64,000 nt of DNA, taken from the NCBI GenBank assembly GCA_020718065.1, contig DYDE01000005.1, positions 1 to 64,000 of the forward strand, in the 5' to 3' direction. Numbering within the stretch: the stretch's first letter is position 1; each line of letters starts with the position of its first letter. This document shows positions 42,062-50,377 of the stretch, piece by piece. Below the pieces are notes generated by a model. It saw nothing but the letters and a program-made list of their open reading frames with translations. It had not been told where the DNA came from and searched no databases. The stretch is from Marinifilum sp. (GTDB lineage: Bacteria; Bacteroidota; Bacteroidia; Bacteroidales; CG2-30-32-10). A program made the translations under genes and the position numbers.

Positions 42062-43009
42062 ATGTTACAAAAACAGAATAATTGGCTGAACATGGCAACA
42101 ACTAGCTTATTGGTGCTGGACACAGAACCTCTAGTTGTAAATAGCATTGTGGAACTAGGGGAATCGGTAAGTGGTTTGAGAAGCTGTGTTAAAAGTATTC
42201 GTGCAACTGCAACTGAGCAGGTGCAGAATATAAAAGGTGTAGCTCAGGAAAAGCTACTAAATAAAACTAATCTGGCTCATTCTGCAGCTTTGGTAGCAGC
42301 AGGGCTTAAAACTTTTGCTCATAAAAACAAGATGTATGATCTTGAAACAAGGGTTAAGTGTAAAGAAAAATCATTGTTAAAGCTGAATGATAATATGTTG
42401 ATAGAAAAGGCAGATTTTATTTTACAGAAAGTGAAAGAACATCAAACTGCATTAATGCCATATGGTATTGTAGTTGCTGACACTACAAACTTGTCGGATT
42501 ATTTAACAATTTATTTAGAAAAATATAATAATCCAACTTTGGCTATTGAAAAACGCAAGTTCTATACTAAAAAACTTAGTGTTCAATTTTCGATATTATC
42601 GGATATACTTCGCAATGAAATTGATGAATTGATGATAATTATTGCTAATACGCATCCAGATCTGTATAAACTTTATAAAAATGCAAGGGTTATAATTGAT
42701 CGCCATGGTAAGACTAAGGAGGATAAGGTGGTTGAAGGTATTGGTGATATTTCAACAACTGTTTGTGCTGCTTTTGATGGTAGTGTGATAGAAGGAGTTG
42801 AATTAGAATTAATAGACAGTAAGGATAAAGTAGTTTTAACTGTTGAAACAGATGAAATGGGAGTAGGTTATTTTGAAAAAGTTGTTGCAGGAACTTACAG
42901 GATAAGAGCAAAACAGGATACTTACATTGATAAATTGTCGGAAGAAATAATTGTTAATCCGGGTGATGAGCTTGAAATTGATATGATGCTTGAGGCTTTG
43001 ATTGAATAA
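42062..43009 (+). CDS. Hypothetical protein: helical N-terminal region plus a C-terminal carboxypeptidase-regulatory-like (prealbumin fold) domain
   Basis: No signal peptide or TM helix. The C-terminus GSVIEGVELELIDSKDKVVLTVETDEMGVGYFEKVVAGTYRIRAKQDTYI resembles CarboxypepD_reg-type beta-sandwiches. Confidence 0.4.
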   Translation: MLQKQNNWLNMATTSLLVLDTEPLVVNSIVELGESVSGLRSCVKSIRATATEQVQNIKGVAQEKLLNKTNLAHSAALVAAGLKTFAHKNKMYDLETRVKCKEKSLLKLNDNMLIEKADFILQKVKEHQTALMPYGIVVADTTNLSDYLTIYLEKYNNPTLAIEKRKFYTKKLSVQFSILSDILRNEIDELMIIIANTHPDLYKLYKNARVIIDRHGKTKEDKVVEGIGDISTTVCAAFDGSVIEGVELELIDSKDKVVLTVETDEMGVGYFEKVVAGTYRIRAKQDTYIDKLSEEIIVNPGDELEIDMMLEALIE

Positions 43010-43074
43010 TGAGAATAAATAATTATTGGATTGAGGAACCCTCTGTGGAAACAGGGGGTTTTTTATTGGCCTCT

Positions 43075-43440
43075 CCACTTCGGAAGAACGGGGGATGGAA
43101 CGCTGATGACGCTGATTGATCTGATTTTCGTTGATATTTTCTCGCAAAGGCGCTAAGACGCATATCTTTAGAGTTGGAAGAACGGAGGATGGAACGTTGA
43201 TGACGCTGATTTATTATGATTATTATGATTTTGCCACCAAAGCTCAAAAACACCAAATTTCTCCAAACTTTATCTATAATTAAGAAATTGAACGCTGATG
43301 ACGCTGATTGAGCTGATTTTCGCTGATATTTTCTCGCAAAGGCGCTAAGACGCATATCTTTAGAGTCGGAAAAACGGAGGATGGAACGCTAATGACACCG
43401 ATTTATTATGATTATTATGATTTTGCAACCAAAGCACAGA
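43075..43440 (+). repeat. Interspersed-repeat cluster, same family and orientation as 30091-30425
   Basis: ggaacg.tgatgacgctgat modules at ~43097, 43190, 43291 and 43386. Around 43190-43270 the element reproduces ~85 nt of the 120-bp unit (..tgattttgccaccaaagc.caaaaacaccaaatttctccaaa). Confidence 0.8.
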
Positions 43441-43696
43441 AGCAAGATATCTAAACTAAAGTTTTAATGAAGGCATGAGATTGACCTCTCCCCTAGCCCT
43501 TATCCAATTGGAGAGGGGAATTGCATTTGTGGTGATTATTGAGTTTCTAGAAATAAAGAAAGAGATAGATGCTATCGTTTGCAGACGATAAATATACCTT
43601 GAAAGATTTTGTTTTTATAGACCTCAATATTACGGATGCTTTGGAATGAATCGGAGATTTATCGGAGATGAATTTGACTGGAATTGGAACAATTAA

Positions 43697-43725
43697 AAAA
43701 CGACCTCTGAAAAGGAGGTCGTTTT
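43697..43725. terminator. Bidirectional hairpin terminator
   Basis: aaaacgacctc-tgaaaag-gaggtcgtttt with A-run and T-run flanks, ~185 nt downstream of the GWxTD gene stop. Confidence 0.5.
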
Positions 43726-43908
43726 CTATAATATTCAAAAGTTATACTTTACAATGCTTTGGTAATCCAAATTAATAAAGCCACTTAGGCGCAAAGACAT
43801 AAAGAGTTCACAAAGAAAGAAACAAAAAAATCGTATATTCTTGGTGTATTGTGGTCAATAAGTACTCTACAATTTCTTATATCATAACTTATTTAAATAA
43901 GGTTAAAA

Positions 43909-45384
43909 TTAATAATTTTTGAAGTTTTCAATTAGTTTGCCACCATAGATACCATCTTCATCTGGTTGTTTTTCATAATTGAGCACGTTATTGTAATCAC
44001 CTTTTTTGATTTTATTCATCCAACCTAAATCAGAAACTTCTCCATTAACATCAGAATTAATAAGTTCATAATTATTAGCGGCTTCATCACGACTACAGAA
44101 AACAAACTTTTTATTTGATTGACTTCCTACTCTATAGTAATGCCATATTTCGTAAGGGTATGATCCTTGATCAAAAGGAGCTTGCAGGATACTATTTGGT
44201 GGTCCATACTGAAGATATACTCTGCCCATATCGGTTAGATAACCTTTTTGATATCCTGTGGAGAAACTAGCATTTACTTTTAGAACTTCCATGTGGTAAG
44301 TATTCCATGCTTGTTCGGGATTGGTGTAATTTCTATCCATCCAAAATTTTAATATATATTTCTGAAGTTTATCGATACTAACATCCTTTTGTGCTACCAA
44401 AGCATCTGCAAGTGCAACTTCGATCTGGGTTGAAATAGGATAAAGACATCTAACATATTCAATAAGAGAATCGCGGTTAATAATTTTTTCAACAAAGCTG
44501 TTTTTTACAGCCAATAATTCAAAATCGATTTTATTAATTAATTTAGGATTGCTGCGTTGAAAAAACATTTTATTTAAAGAAATCACTTTATTTTCTTTGT
44601 CTCTTATTTCAATCACTAAATTATAATTACCAGAAGGCAACTTATCTATTGGAATCTCTTGAAGAATAACATTAACTGGTTTGGTTGTTTGTGTTTTAAC
44701 ATTCCCTAAATCCTGGATTTCGGCTTTACTTTCAAATGCTTCTATATAAGATTTGGTTATATATTTTTCATTTACTCCAAATAATTTCTCAGTATTGTAA
44801 ACTTCGGAATAAAATGTGATTTTATTTACAGATTCGGGGTAGAAATTAATAACCATAGGAGATAAATCGTAGCCACTTTTAGAAAAAACAGTTGGAGTGG
44901 TAGTTGCTTTATAGGTCTCTATGGGTTGAATACCTGAAAGTAAAATCTTATCTGTAGGAAAATCGATATAAATAGAATCTTTTCCCTTCATGGTTTTATT
45001 TAATGAGTTTTTATCAGTAATTTCAATTTCGAGCCCATACGCTCCATTGGGAAGGGCAAAACGATGCTGGTCAATAAAATTAGTAATGCTTAAGGTATCG
45101 TCTTGTTCGGGAATATTAACTATATACTTGTCAAAAGCTTTAATAGTTTTATTTTGCGAAAAGATTAAAGTAACTTCAATGTTAGAAGTAAATTTGTTTT
45201 TTTCGTTTTTAACAAAATGAATGCTTTTGCCAGCAATAGCAAGATAGGTTTCGATATACGGTCCATCTTTAGGAGAATAAAAAGAAACATACGAAATGTA
45301 TGTTTGAAGCTTTTTAGCAAAGGTTTGATTGGAAAAACCAGCTATAAAAAGCGACATAATAATAAATGTACGAATTGTTTTCAT
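43909..45384 (-). CDS. GWxTD-domain protein (variant GYLTD motif)
   Basis: Signal peptide. C-terminal KGYLTDMGRVYLQYGPPNSI...YPYEIWHYY matches the GWxTD...YG.P....E.W.Y domain pattern. Confidence 0.65.
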   Translation of the reverse strand: MKTIRTFIIMSLFIAGFSNQTFAKKLQTYISYVSFYSPKDGPYIETYLAIAGKSIHFVKNEKNKFTSNIEVTLIFSQNKTIKAFDKYIVNIPEQDDTLSITNFIDQHRFALPNGAYGLEIEITDKNSLNKTMKGKDSIYIDFPTDKILLSGIQPIETYKATTTPTVFSKSGYDLSPMVINFYPESVNKITFYSEVYNTEKLFGVNEKYITKSYIEAFESKAEIQDLGNVKTQTTKPVNVILQEIPIDKLPSGNYNLVIEIRDKENKVISLNKMFFQRSNPKLINKIDFELLAVKNSFVEKIINRDSLIEYVRCLYPISTQIEVALADALVAQKDVSIDKLQKYILKFWMDRNYTNPEQAWNTYHMEVLKVNASFSTGYQKGYLTDMGRVYLQYGPPNSILQAPFDQGSYPYEIWHYYRVGSQSNKKFVFCSRDEAANNYELINSDVNGEVSDLGWMNKIKKGDYNNVLNYEKQPDEDGIYGGKLIENFKNY

Positions 45385-45596
45385 GATTTTTAATTGTTAA
45401 GTTCAATAAAAAGTTTTTTTTCTAAAGATAAAAAAAAAAGGGATTGTTTTTTGAAAAATTTATAAACGGTATCCTAAATTAATTAAACGGTAAAATTGAA
45501 GCAAAATTAGTTAATTCAAATTTAATAAATGTAGTTTATTATGGTCAAAAAGCGAAGCTAAATAAAAGAATGATTTCTTAATTAATATTTTTTTTG

Positions 45597-45604
45597 TAGG
45601 TTTG
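45597..45604 (+). promoter_or_regulatory. Candidate -7 box (TAGGTTTG)
   Basis: Matches TAnnTTTG, 32 nt upstream of the ATG at 45637. Confidence 0.4.
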
Positions 45605-45636
45605 CTTAGTTTTACTACAAAATATAATACTGGATA

Positions 45637-46719
45637 ATGATCAGATTCATTATAAAACGACTTATATATGGCTTAGCGGTTATGCTTGGAGTAGTTACCC
45701 TTGTTTTTATTTTATTTAATGTGCTTCCTGGTGATCCAGCAAGAATGATGCTGGGACAGAGAGCAGATATGGCATCAGTTGAGGCTATAAACAAAGATTT
45801 AGGGAGAGACAAACCATTATTGACACAATATTTTAATTACTTAAACGATTTATCTCCTATTTCTGTCCATAATGTGAATGATAACGAAAGTTATTGGTAT
45901 CTAAACCCTGAAAAATATAGCCCAAGTACTGTTCTTTTTAAAATATCGAAAGACAATGCAGTGGTTTTAAAATATCCATATATGCGCAGGTCTTACCAAT
46001 CTAAACGTAATGTTACAGAAATACTTGCAAGTGCTTTTCCAGCAACAGCTCTACTTGCAATAACAGCTATGATTTTTGCTTTTGTGGTGGGGACAGGGTT
46101 AGGAACCTTAGCAGCTATATATAAAAACAGCATTTTTGATAGAATATCATTGGTTATATCTGTATTAGGTATGTCGGTACCATCTTTTTTTGCAGCAATA
46201 ATTATAGCATGGGTATTTGCATTTGTTTTAGCAAATTATACAGGATTAAATATGTTTGGGAGTATGTACACCATTGATGATTTTGGAGATGGTGAATATA
46301 TAGATTTGAAAAATTTAATTCTTCCAGCCATCACATTAGGCATAAGGCCATTGGCTGTTATTGTTCAATTGATGCGAAGTTCTATGATAGATGTATTGTC
46401 GCAAGATTATATCAGGACAGCAAGAGCAAAAGGATTAAGTTTTTACAAAGTAATTACCAGACATGCGTTTAAAAACGCCCTGAATCCTGTAATAACAGCA
46501 GCATCAGGTTGGCTTGCATCTCTTTTAGCAGGAGCAGTATTTATAGAATATGTATTTGACTGGAAAGGAATTGGGGTAGCGATGGTTGAAGCATTAGAAA
46601 AATATGATTTTCCTGTAGTAATGGGAGGAGTATTGTTTATTTCAATTATTTTAATAGTAATAAACATCCTGGTTGATATTTCTTATGCATTGATAGACCC
46701 TAGAGTGAAGTTGCAATAA
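45637..46719 (+). CDS. ABC transporter permease (DppB/OppB-like), without partner genes in the window
   Basis: 360 aa, 6 TM. EAA-like loop DYIRTARAKGLSFYKVITRHAFKNAL. N-terminus MIRFIIKRLIYGLAVMLGV is typical of the family. Confidence 0.8.
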   Translation: MIRFIIKRLIYGLAVMLGVVTLVFILFNVLPGDPARMMLGQRADMASVEAINKDLGRDKPLLTQYFNYLNDLSPISVHNVNDNESYWYLNPEKYSPSTVLFKISKDNAVVLKYPYMRRSYQSKRNVTEILASAFPATALLAITAMIFAFVVGTGLGTLAAIYKNSIFDRISLVISVLGMSVPSFFAAIIIAWVFAFVLANYTGLNMFGSMYTIDDFGDGEYIDLKNLILPAITLGIRPLAVIVQLMRSSMIDVLSQDYIRTARAKGLSFYKVITRHAFKNALNPVITAASGWLASLLAGAVFIEYVFDWKGIGVAMVEALEKYDFPVVMGGVLFISIILIVINILVDISYALIDPRVKLQ

Positions 46720-46721
46720 TT

Positions 46722-46761
46722 GGTTGACAAGTAGACAAGTTAACTTGTCTACTTGTCAACC
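46722..46761. repeat. Perfect 40-bp palindrome built from four GACAAGT/ACTTGTC half-sites
   Basis: ggTTGACAAGTAGACAAGTT|AACTTGTCTACTTGTCAAcc. It begins 3 nt after the permease stop and ends 47 nt before a -7 box. Confidence 0.85.
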
Positions 46762-46807
46762 CACAAAGGAAGTATCCATTTTCAACTATCTAATTAATAA
46801 TAAAAAT

Positions 46808-46815
46808 TACTTTTG
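46808..46815 (+). promoter_or_regulatory. Candidate -7 box (TACTTTTG) for the membrane LytTR gene
   Basis: Matches TAnnTTTG, 10 nt upstream of the ATG at 46826, which implies a very short leader. Confidence 0.4.
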
Positions 46816-46825
46816 GTTTGAAATT

Positions 46826-47692
46826 ATGAAAATAAAGGAATATTTTAAACAGCCTTACCCTGCAAATGATAATGCATGGAAAAATATTGCATTTATAAGT
46901 GTTTTTATACCTGTTTTCCTTATTATGTTCCAACCTTTTGGAATGAGTTTATATGAAAATAAATACAAAGCATTAAAAATACTGGGTTATGGCGGTGTTA
47001 CATTTGTAGTTGCAGCAATCAATCAAATACTTCTACAGTATATTTTTAAAAAGACATTTTCAGAAAGTAATTGGACAATAGGAAAAAACATGCTCGGTAT
47101 GTTATATACTATTTTTACTATCGGTCTTGGCAATTATATTTATACCAGTCTGGTCTTTTCATTTCTTCAATTTGATATATCACAAATTGTTATCTTTCAA
47201 ATAGTAACATTGATGGTTGCTGTAATTCCTGTAGGTTTAATCACAACTTTGCGCTATAATACTTTATTAGCAAAAAATCTTAAAATAGCAAGAGAGATAA
47301 ACATACAATTACCAAATCAAAAATTGGTACCAGACATACGAATGATCCGTTTTTCTTCTGAAAATGAAAAAGATATTATTGAAATAGCTGCTAATGATTT
47401 TCTATATATTGAATCAAATGGTAATTATTTAGAAATAAATTACATTGAAGAAGGAAAACTAAAAACATCCTCAGTTCGTAGTACCCTAAAAAGAGCTGAA
47501 GCATCTATGTCTGTTTCCACATCTATTGTGAAATGTCATCGGGCATTTTATGTAAATATCAATAAAATTAAAAAGGTTAATGGAAATTCCCAAGGTTATA
47601 AACTTTGTATAGAACATACTGAAAAAGAAATTCCGGTTGCCAGAAACTATTCCAAAACTATTAAGGAATTATTGAGCCCATCTTCAAAATAA
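46826..47692 (+). CDS. Membrane-anchored LytTR-domain DNA-binding protein (one-component)
   Basis: ~4-5 TM helices then a LytTR domain (FLYIESNGNYLEINYIEEGK...IVKCHRAFYVNINKIKKV). There is no receiver domain. The track's TTG start at 46724 lies inside the palindrome, so the ATG at 46826 is preferred. Confidence 0.75.
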   Translation: MKIKEYFKQPYPANDNAWKNIAFISVFIPVFLIMFQPFGMSLYENKYKALKILGYGGVTFVVAAINQILLQYIFKKTFSESNWTIGKNMLGMLYTIFTIGLGNYIYTSLVFSFLQFDISQIVIFQIVTLMVAVIPVGLITTLRYNTLLAKNLKIAREINIQLPNQKLVPDIRMIRFSSENEKDIIEIAANDFLYIESNGNYLEINYIEEGKLKTSSVRSTLKRAEASMSVSTSIVKCHRAFYVNINKIKKVNGNSQGYKLCIEHTEKEIPVARNYSKTIKELLSPSSK

Positions 47693-47828
47693 TTTTTCTA
47701 TCGGGAAATTGAAGAGTATACAAAATTTGAAATTTTACTATTATTATTTTTTACAAACTAATTTGTGCTGACATTTTTGGATATTAATCTGTTTTGATAA
47801 ATTAAAGCATTTCATAAAAAAAGCAAAC

Positions 47829-47883
47829 CATTCGTCACAAGATTTTGCTATTTGTCCCAAAATCATTCATTCTGTCCCAAACA
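47829..47883 (+). promoter_or_regulatory. Three direct repeats ATT.GTC(A/C)CAA with an exact 20-bp period
   Basis: The three copies are ttcGTCACAAg (47832-), tttGTCCCAAa (47852-) and tctGTCCCAAa (47872-). The last copy ends 27 nt before the -7 box at 47908. Confidence 0.5.
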
Positions 47884-47907
47884 CACCTAAGTTAGTGAAT
47901 ATAGGTT

Positions 47908-47915
47908 TATGTTTG
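47908..47915 (+). promoter_or_regulatory. Candidate -7 box (TATGTTTG) for the 48004-51139 operon
   Basis: Matches TAnnTTTG, 88 nt upstream of the ATG at 48004. Confidence 0.4.
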
Positions 47916-48003
47916 CAGAAAGTTTCACTTCTGATGTAGGTGAAAGAAAGCAATTGCATCCTTAGAAAAATAAAAATTTTACTAATTTATTAATTTAAAA
48001 AAA

Positions 48004-49095
48004 ATGAAAAAAACAATCAACATGATCATTTTGCTCGTCTTATTAGGCTTGAGTAATAATTTAAATTCACAAACGATCACTTCTGTTGCCAATGGTAATT
48101 GGACAAATCCAGCAACCTGGGGTGGAGCAATTCCACAACCTGGAAGTAATATTGTTATTAATCATACTGTAACGTTAAATACAGATTGGGGTTATACAAC
48201 TGGATCTATAACAATTAATGCTTCTGGTTCTTTAAACGGAAATTCTAGTATGAGGGGAATAGCTATAGGTAATAAACTAACAGTTTATGGAATATTCAAT
48301 GTGGCAAGAGTGATTTTATATTCGGGAAGTATAACCAATAGTGGCACTATCCAGATTGATAGTCTGATGAATACAACAAAATTAACAAATTTGAGTGGTG
48401 CAACAATAAACGCTTCACAATTTCAAATAGGTAGTGGTGGAACATTTAATAACTATGGTTCACTTGTATCATCATATATTGTCAATTTAGATTCATTAAA
48501 AAACAATGGAATGATATCAACAAATAATCTTATAAATTCTAAAACTTTTATCAACTCTACAACAGGTTTGATAAACCTTAACAATAATTTTCTTAACACT
48601 GATTCTCTGACTAGTCCTGGAGTTTTTACTAATAATGGAAGAGTTGTTGTAAATAATAACTGGTGTAATAAAGATGAGGTAAATGGAATTGGAAAGTTTT
48701 GTGTTCAAAATAACAGCAGTAATTCAGGTACGATGTCTGGAACTTTTGATTTTTGCGATTTAACCGGAGGTAGTATAGACATAAATACAGGAAATATCGC
48801 AGGAACCATTACCTATTGTTTATATTCTTGCGTTACTGGTATTAATGAAAACACAAACAATATTATTATCAATGTTTATCCAAACCCATGTAATGGAATA
48901 TTCTCGATTCTTGCTAGAAATAGTGCATCAACTTTAAATTTAGAAATATTTAATATGCTTGGAGAAAGCATTTATACAAGTCAGTTAACAGATAAAATTG
49001 ACATTGATCTAAGCAAACATACCAAAGGTTTATATTTGATTCAAATAAAAAGTGAAAAAGGGATTATAAATACTGGCAAAATTATTATTGAATAA
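48004..49095 (+). CDS. T9SS-sorted secreted repeat protein (adhesin-like)
   Basis: Signal peptide. Repetitive N/S/T/G-rich beta-strand-like segments. C-terminus VYPNPCNGIFSI...GLYLIQIKS. Confidence 0.65.
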   Translation: MKKTINMIILLVLLGLSNNLNSQTITSVANGNWTNPATWGGAIPQPGSNIVINHTVTLNTDWGYTTGSITINASGSLNGNSSMRGIAIGNKLTVYGIFNVARVILYSGSITNSGTIQIDSLMNTTKLTNLSGATINASQFQIGSGGTFNNYGSLVSSYIVNLDSLKNNGMISTNNLINSKTFINSTTGLINLNNNFLNTDSLTSPGVFTNNGRVVVNNNWCNKDEVNGIGKFCVQNNSSNSGTMSGTFDFCDLTGGSIDINTGNIAGTITYCLYSCVTGINENTNNIIINVYPNPCNGIFSILARNSASTLNLEIFNMLGESIYTSQLTDKIDIDLSKHTKGLYLIQIKSEKGIINTGKIIIE

Positions 49096-49115
49096 GACTT
49101 TAAACATAAAATAAC

Positions 49116-50372
49116 ATGAAGAAAGTAACTTTTATCGTAATCTTTTTTATATCACTTCTGTTTTGTCAAACCTCTATTGGTCAGAGACCAATTCATCGCA
49201 AGACATATCTTAATACTAATAAGGAAGTATTAAATCACAATCAACAAGAAGATTTTAAACTATTATTGAACGAAAACTCGCAAATTATTCTTTTGGGTGA
49301 AATGCACGGTTATAAAGAACCACAGAAAATAGATTTTGCTTTGTTAAAATATCTCAACAAAACAAAGGGATTCAGATATTACCTTGCTGAATTGGATTAT
49401 TTTGAAACATATTACTTCAATAAATTTTTAGAAAAAGGAAATGATAGCTTGTTGATGATCGTATTTTCAGTTTGGGATGAGCAAATTTCGCAATGGGCAA
49501 ACAAAGATTTTTTAGGAAAAATAAAACAAATAAGAGAACTCAATCAATCACTGCCTGATGACAAAAAGATTCAATTTCTTGGAGTTGATCAAATTCAGAG
49601 CAGTATTATATTAAAATCATATATGATTGAATTATTGAAAGAAGTCAGCTATAAAGAAGGTACAAATCCAGTTTTAGATACCTTGCTTTACCTTGCAAGA
49701 TTTCCAAATAAAAATCTTAAACAAATAAAGGCTTTTGCTCCTATTTTACAATCAGACTTTAACAATAATAGCGTTTTTTATAAAAATTTATTTGTGGAAC
49801 GTTATTTTGACTTTGCATACATGATTAAAAATCTATTAGTAAAGTCTGTCAATAGAGACAGCATTATTAATGAAAACTTCAAATTGTTAATGAATCAAAA
49901 TCATCTTGAGAATGAAAAATTTTATGGTTTGTGGGGTTATTACCATATCAATCAGAATGAAATAAATGGAGAGATGCCTTTGGCTCAACTTTTAAAAAAC
50001 ACATATACTGTAAGTTCAATTGCTATTGTAACCAGCAAAAGTGAGAATATGTGTCCTTCAACTTCATTACCAAGGTTTATAAGAGTGGAAGGAAAAAAAT
50101 TCGGAAGTACAAAAGCAGTAAATAATGATGGTTTTTTGTTTTCAACAAAAGGAATCAATAATCTGAAAAAAGTTAGTCAATCCAATACCTCCACCCTATT
50201 CAAACTTAATGGACTAAATTCTCCATATAATAAAGGTTTACTTCTATGCAAAACGAAAGGAAAATTTGGAGGAGGAATTATACCAACAAACAAAAAGGCT
50301 TCAACTATAGATTACTTTCAATACATCATATTGGTGAGAGATTCTAGAGCGGTAGATTCGTTTGAAGAATAA
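49116..50372 (+). CDS. Secreted protein resembling the erythromycin esterase / ChaN / Tiki-TraB-PrgY superfamily
   Basis: Signal peptide. IILLGEMHGYKEPQ resembles the GE.HG motif of that superfamily. The assignment rests on motif memory only. Confidence 0.4.
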   Translation: MKKVTFIVIFFISLLFCQTSIGQRPIHRKTYLNTNKEVLNHNQQEDFKLLLNENSQIILLGEMHGYKEPQKIDFALLKYLNKTKGFRYYLAELDYFETYYFNKFLEKGNDSLLMIVFSVWDEQISQWANKDFLGKIKQIRELNQSLPDDKKIQFLGVDQIQSSIILKSYMIELLKEVSYKEGTNPVLDTLLYLARFPNKNLKQIKAFAPILQSDFNNNSVFYKNLFVERYFDFAYMIKNLLVKSVNRDSIINENFKLLMNQNHLENEKFYGLWGYYHINQNEINGEMPLAQLLKNTYTVSSIAIVTSKSENMCPSTSLPRFIRVEGKKFGSTKAVNNDGFLFSTKGINNLKKVSQSNTSTLFKLNGLNSPYNKGLLLCKTKGKFGGGIIPTNKKASTIDYFQYIILVRDSRAVDSFEE

Positions 50373-50377
50373 TTGTA

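Noticed and set aside
45637-46719. The ABC permease, considered as the missing exporter of the RiPP.
   Set aside because: It is a DppB/OppB-type importer permease without an ATPase or C39 peptidase domain, and it is separated from the cassette by unrelated genes.
46724-46825. N-terminal extension of the membrane LytTR protein from the TTG at 46724. Analogous upstream extensions occur at 2599-2691, 13603-13635, 24504-24563, 38553-38570, 55096-55128 and 63128-63166.
   Set aside because: The extensions run through a palindrome, promoter boxes or the preceding gene. Downstream ATGs give proper signal peptides or canonical N-termini.
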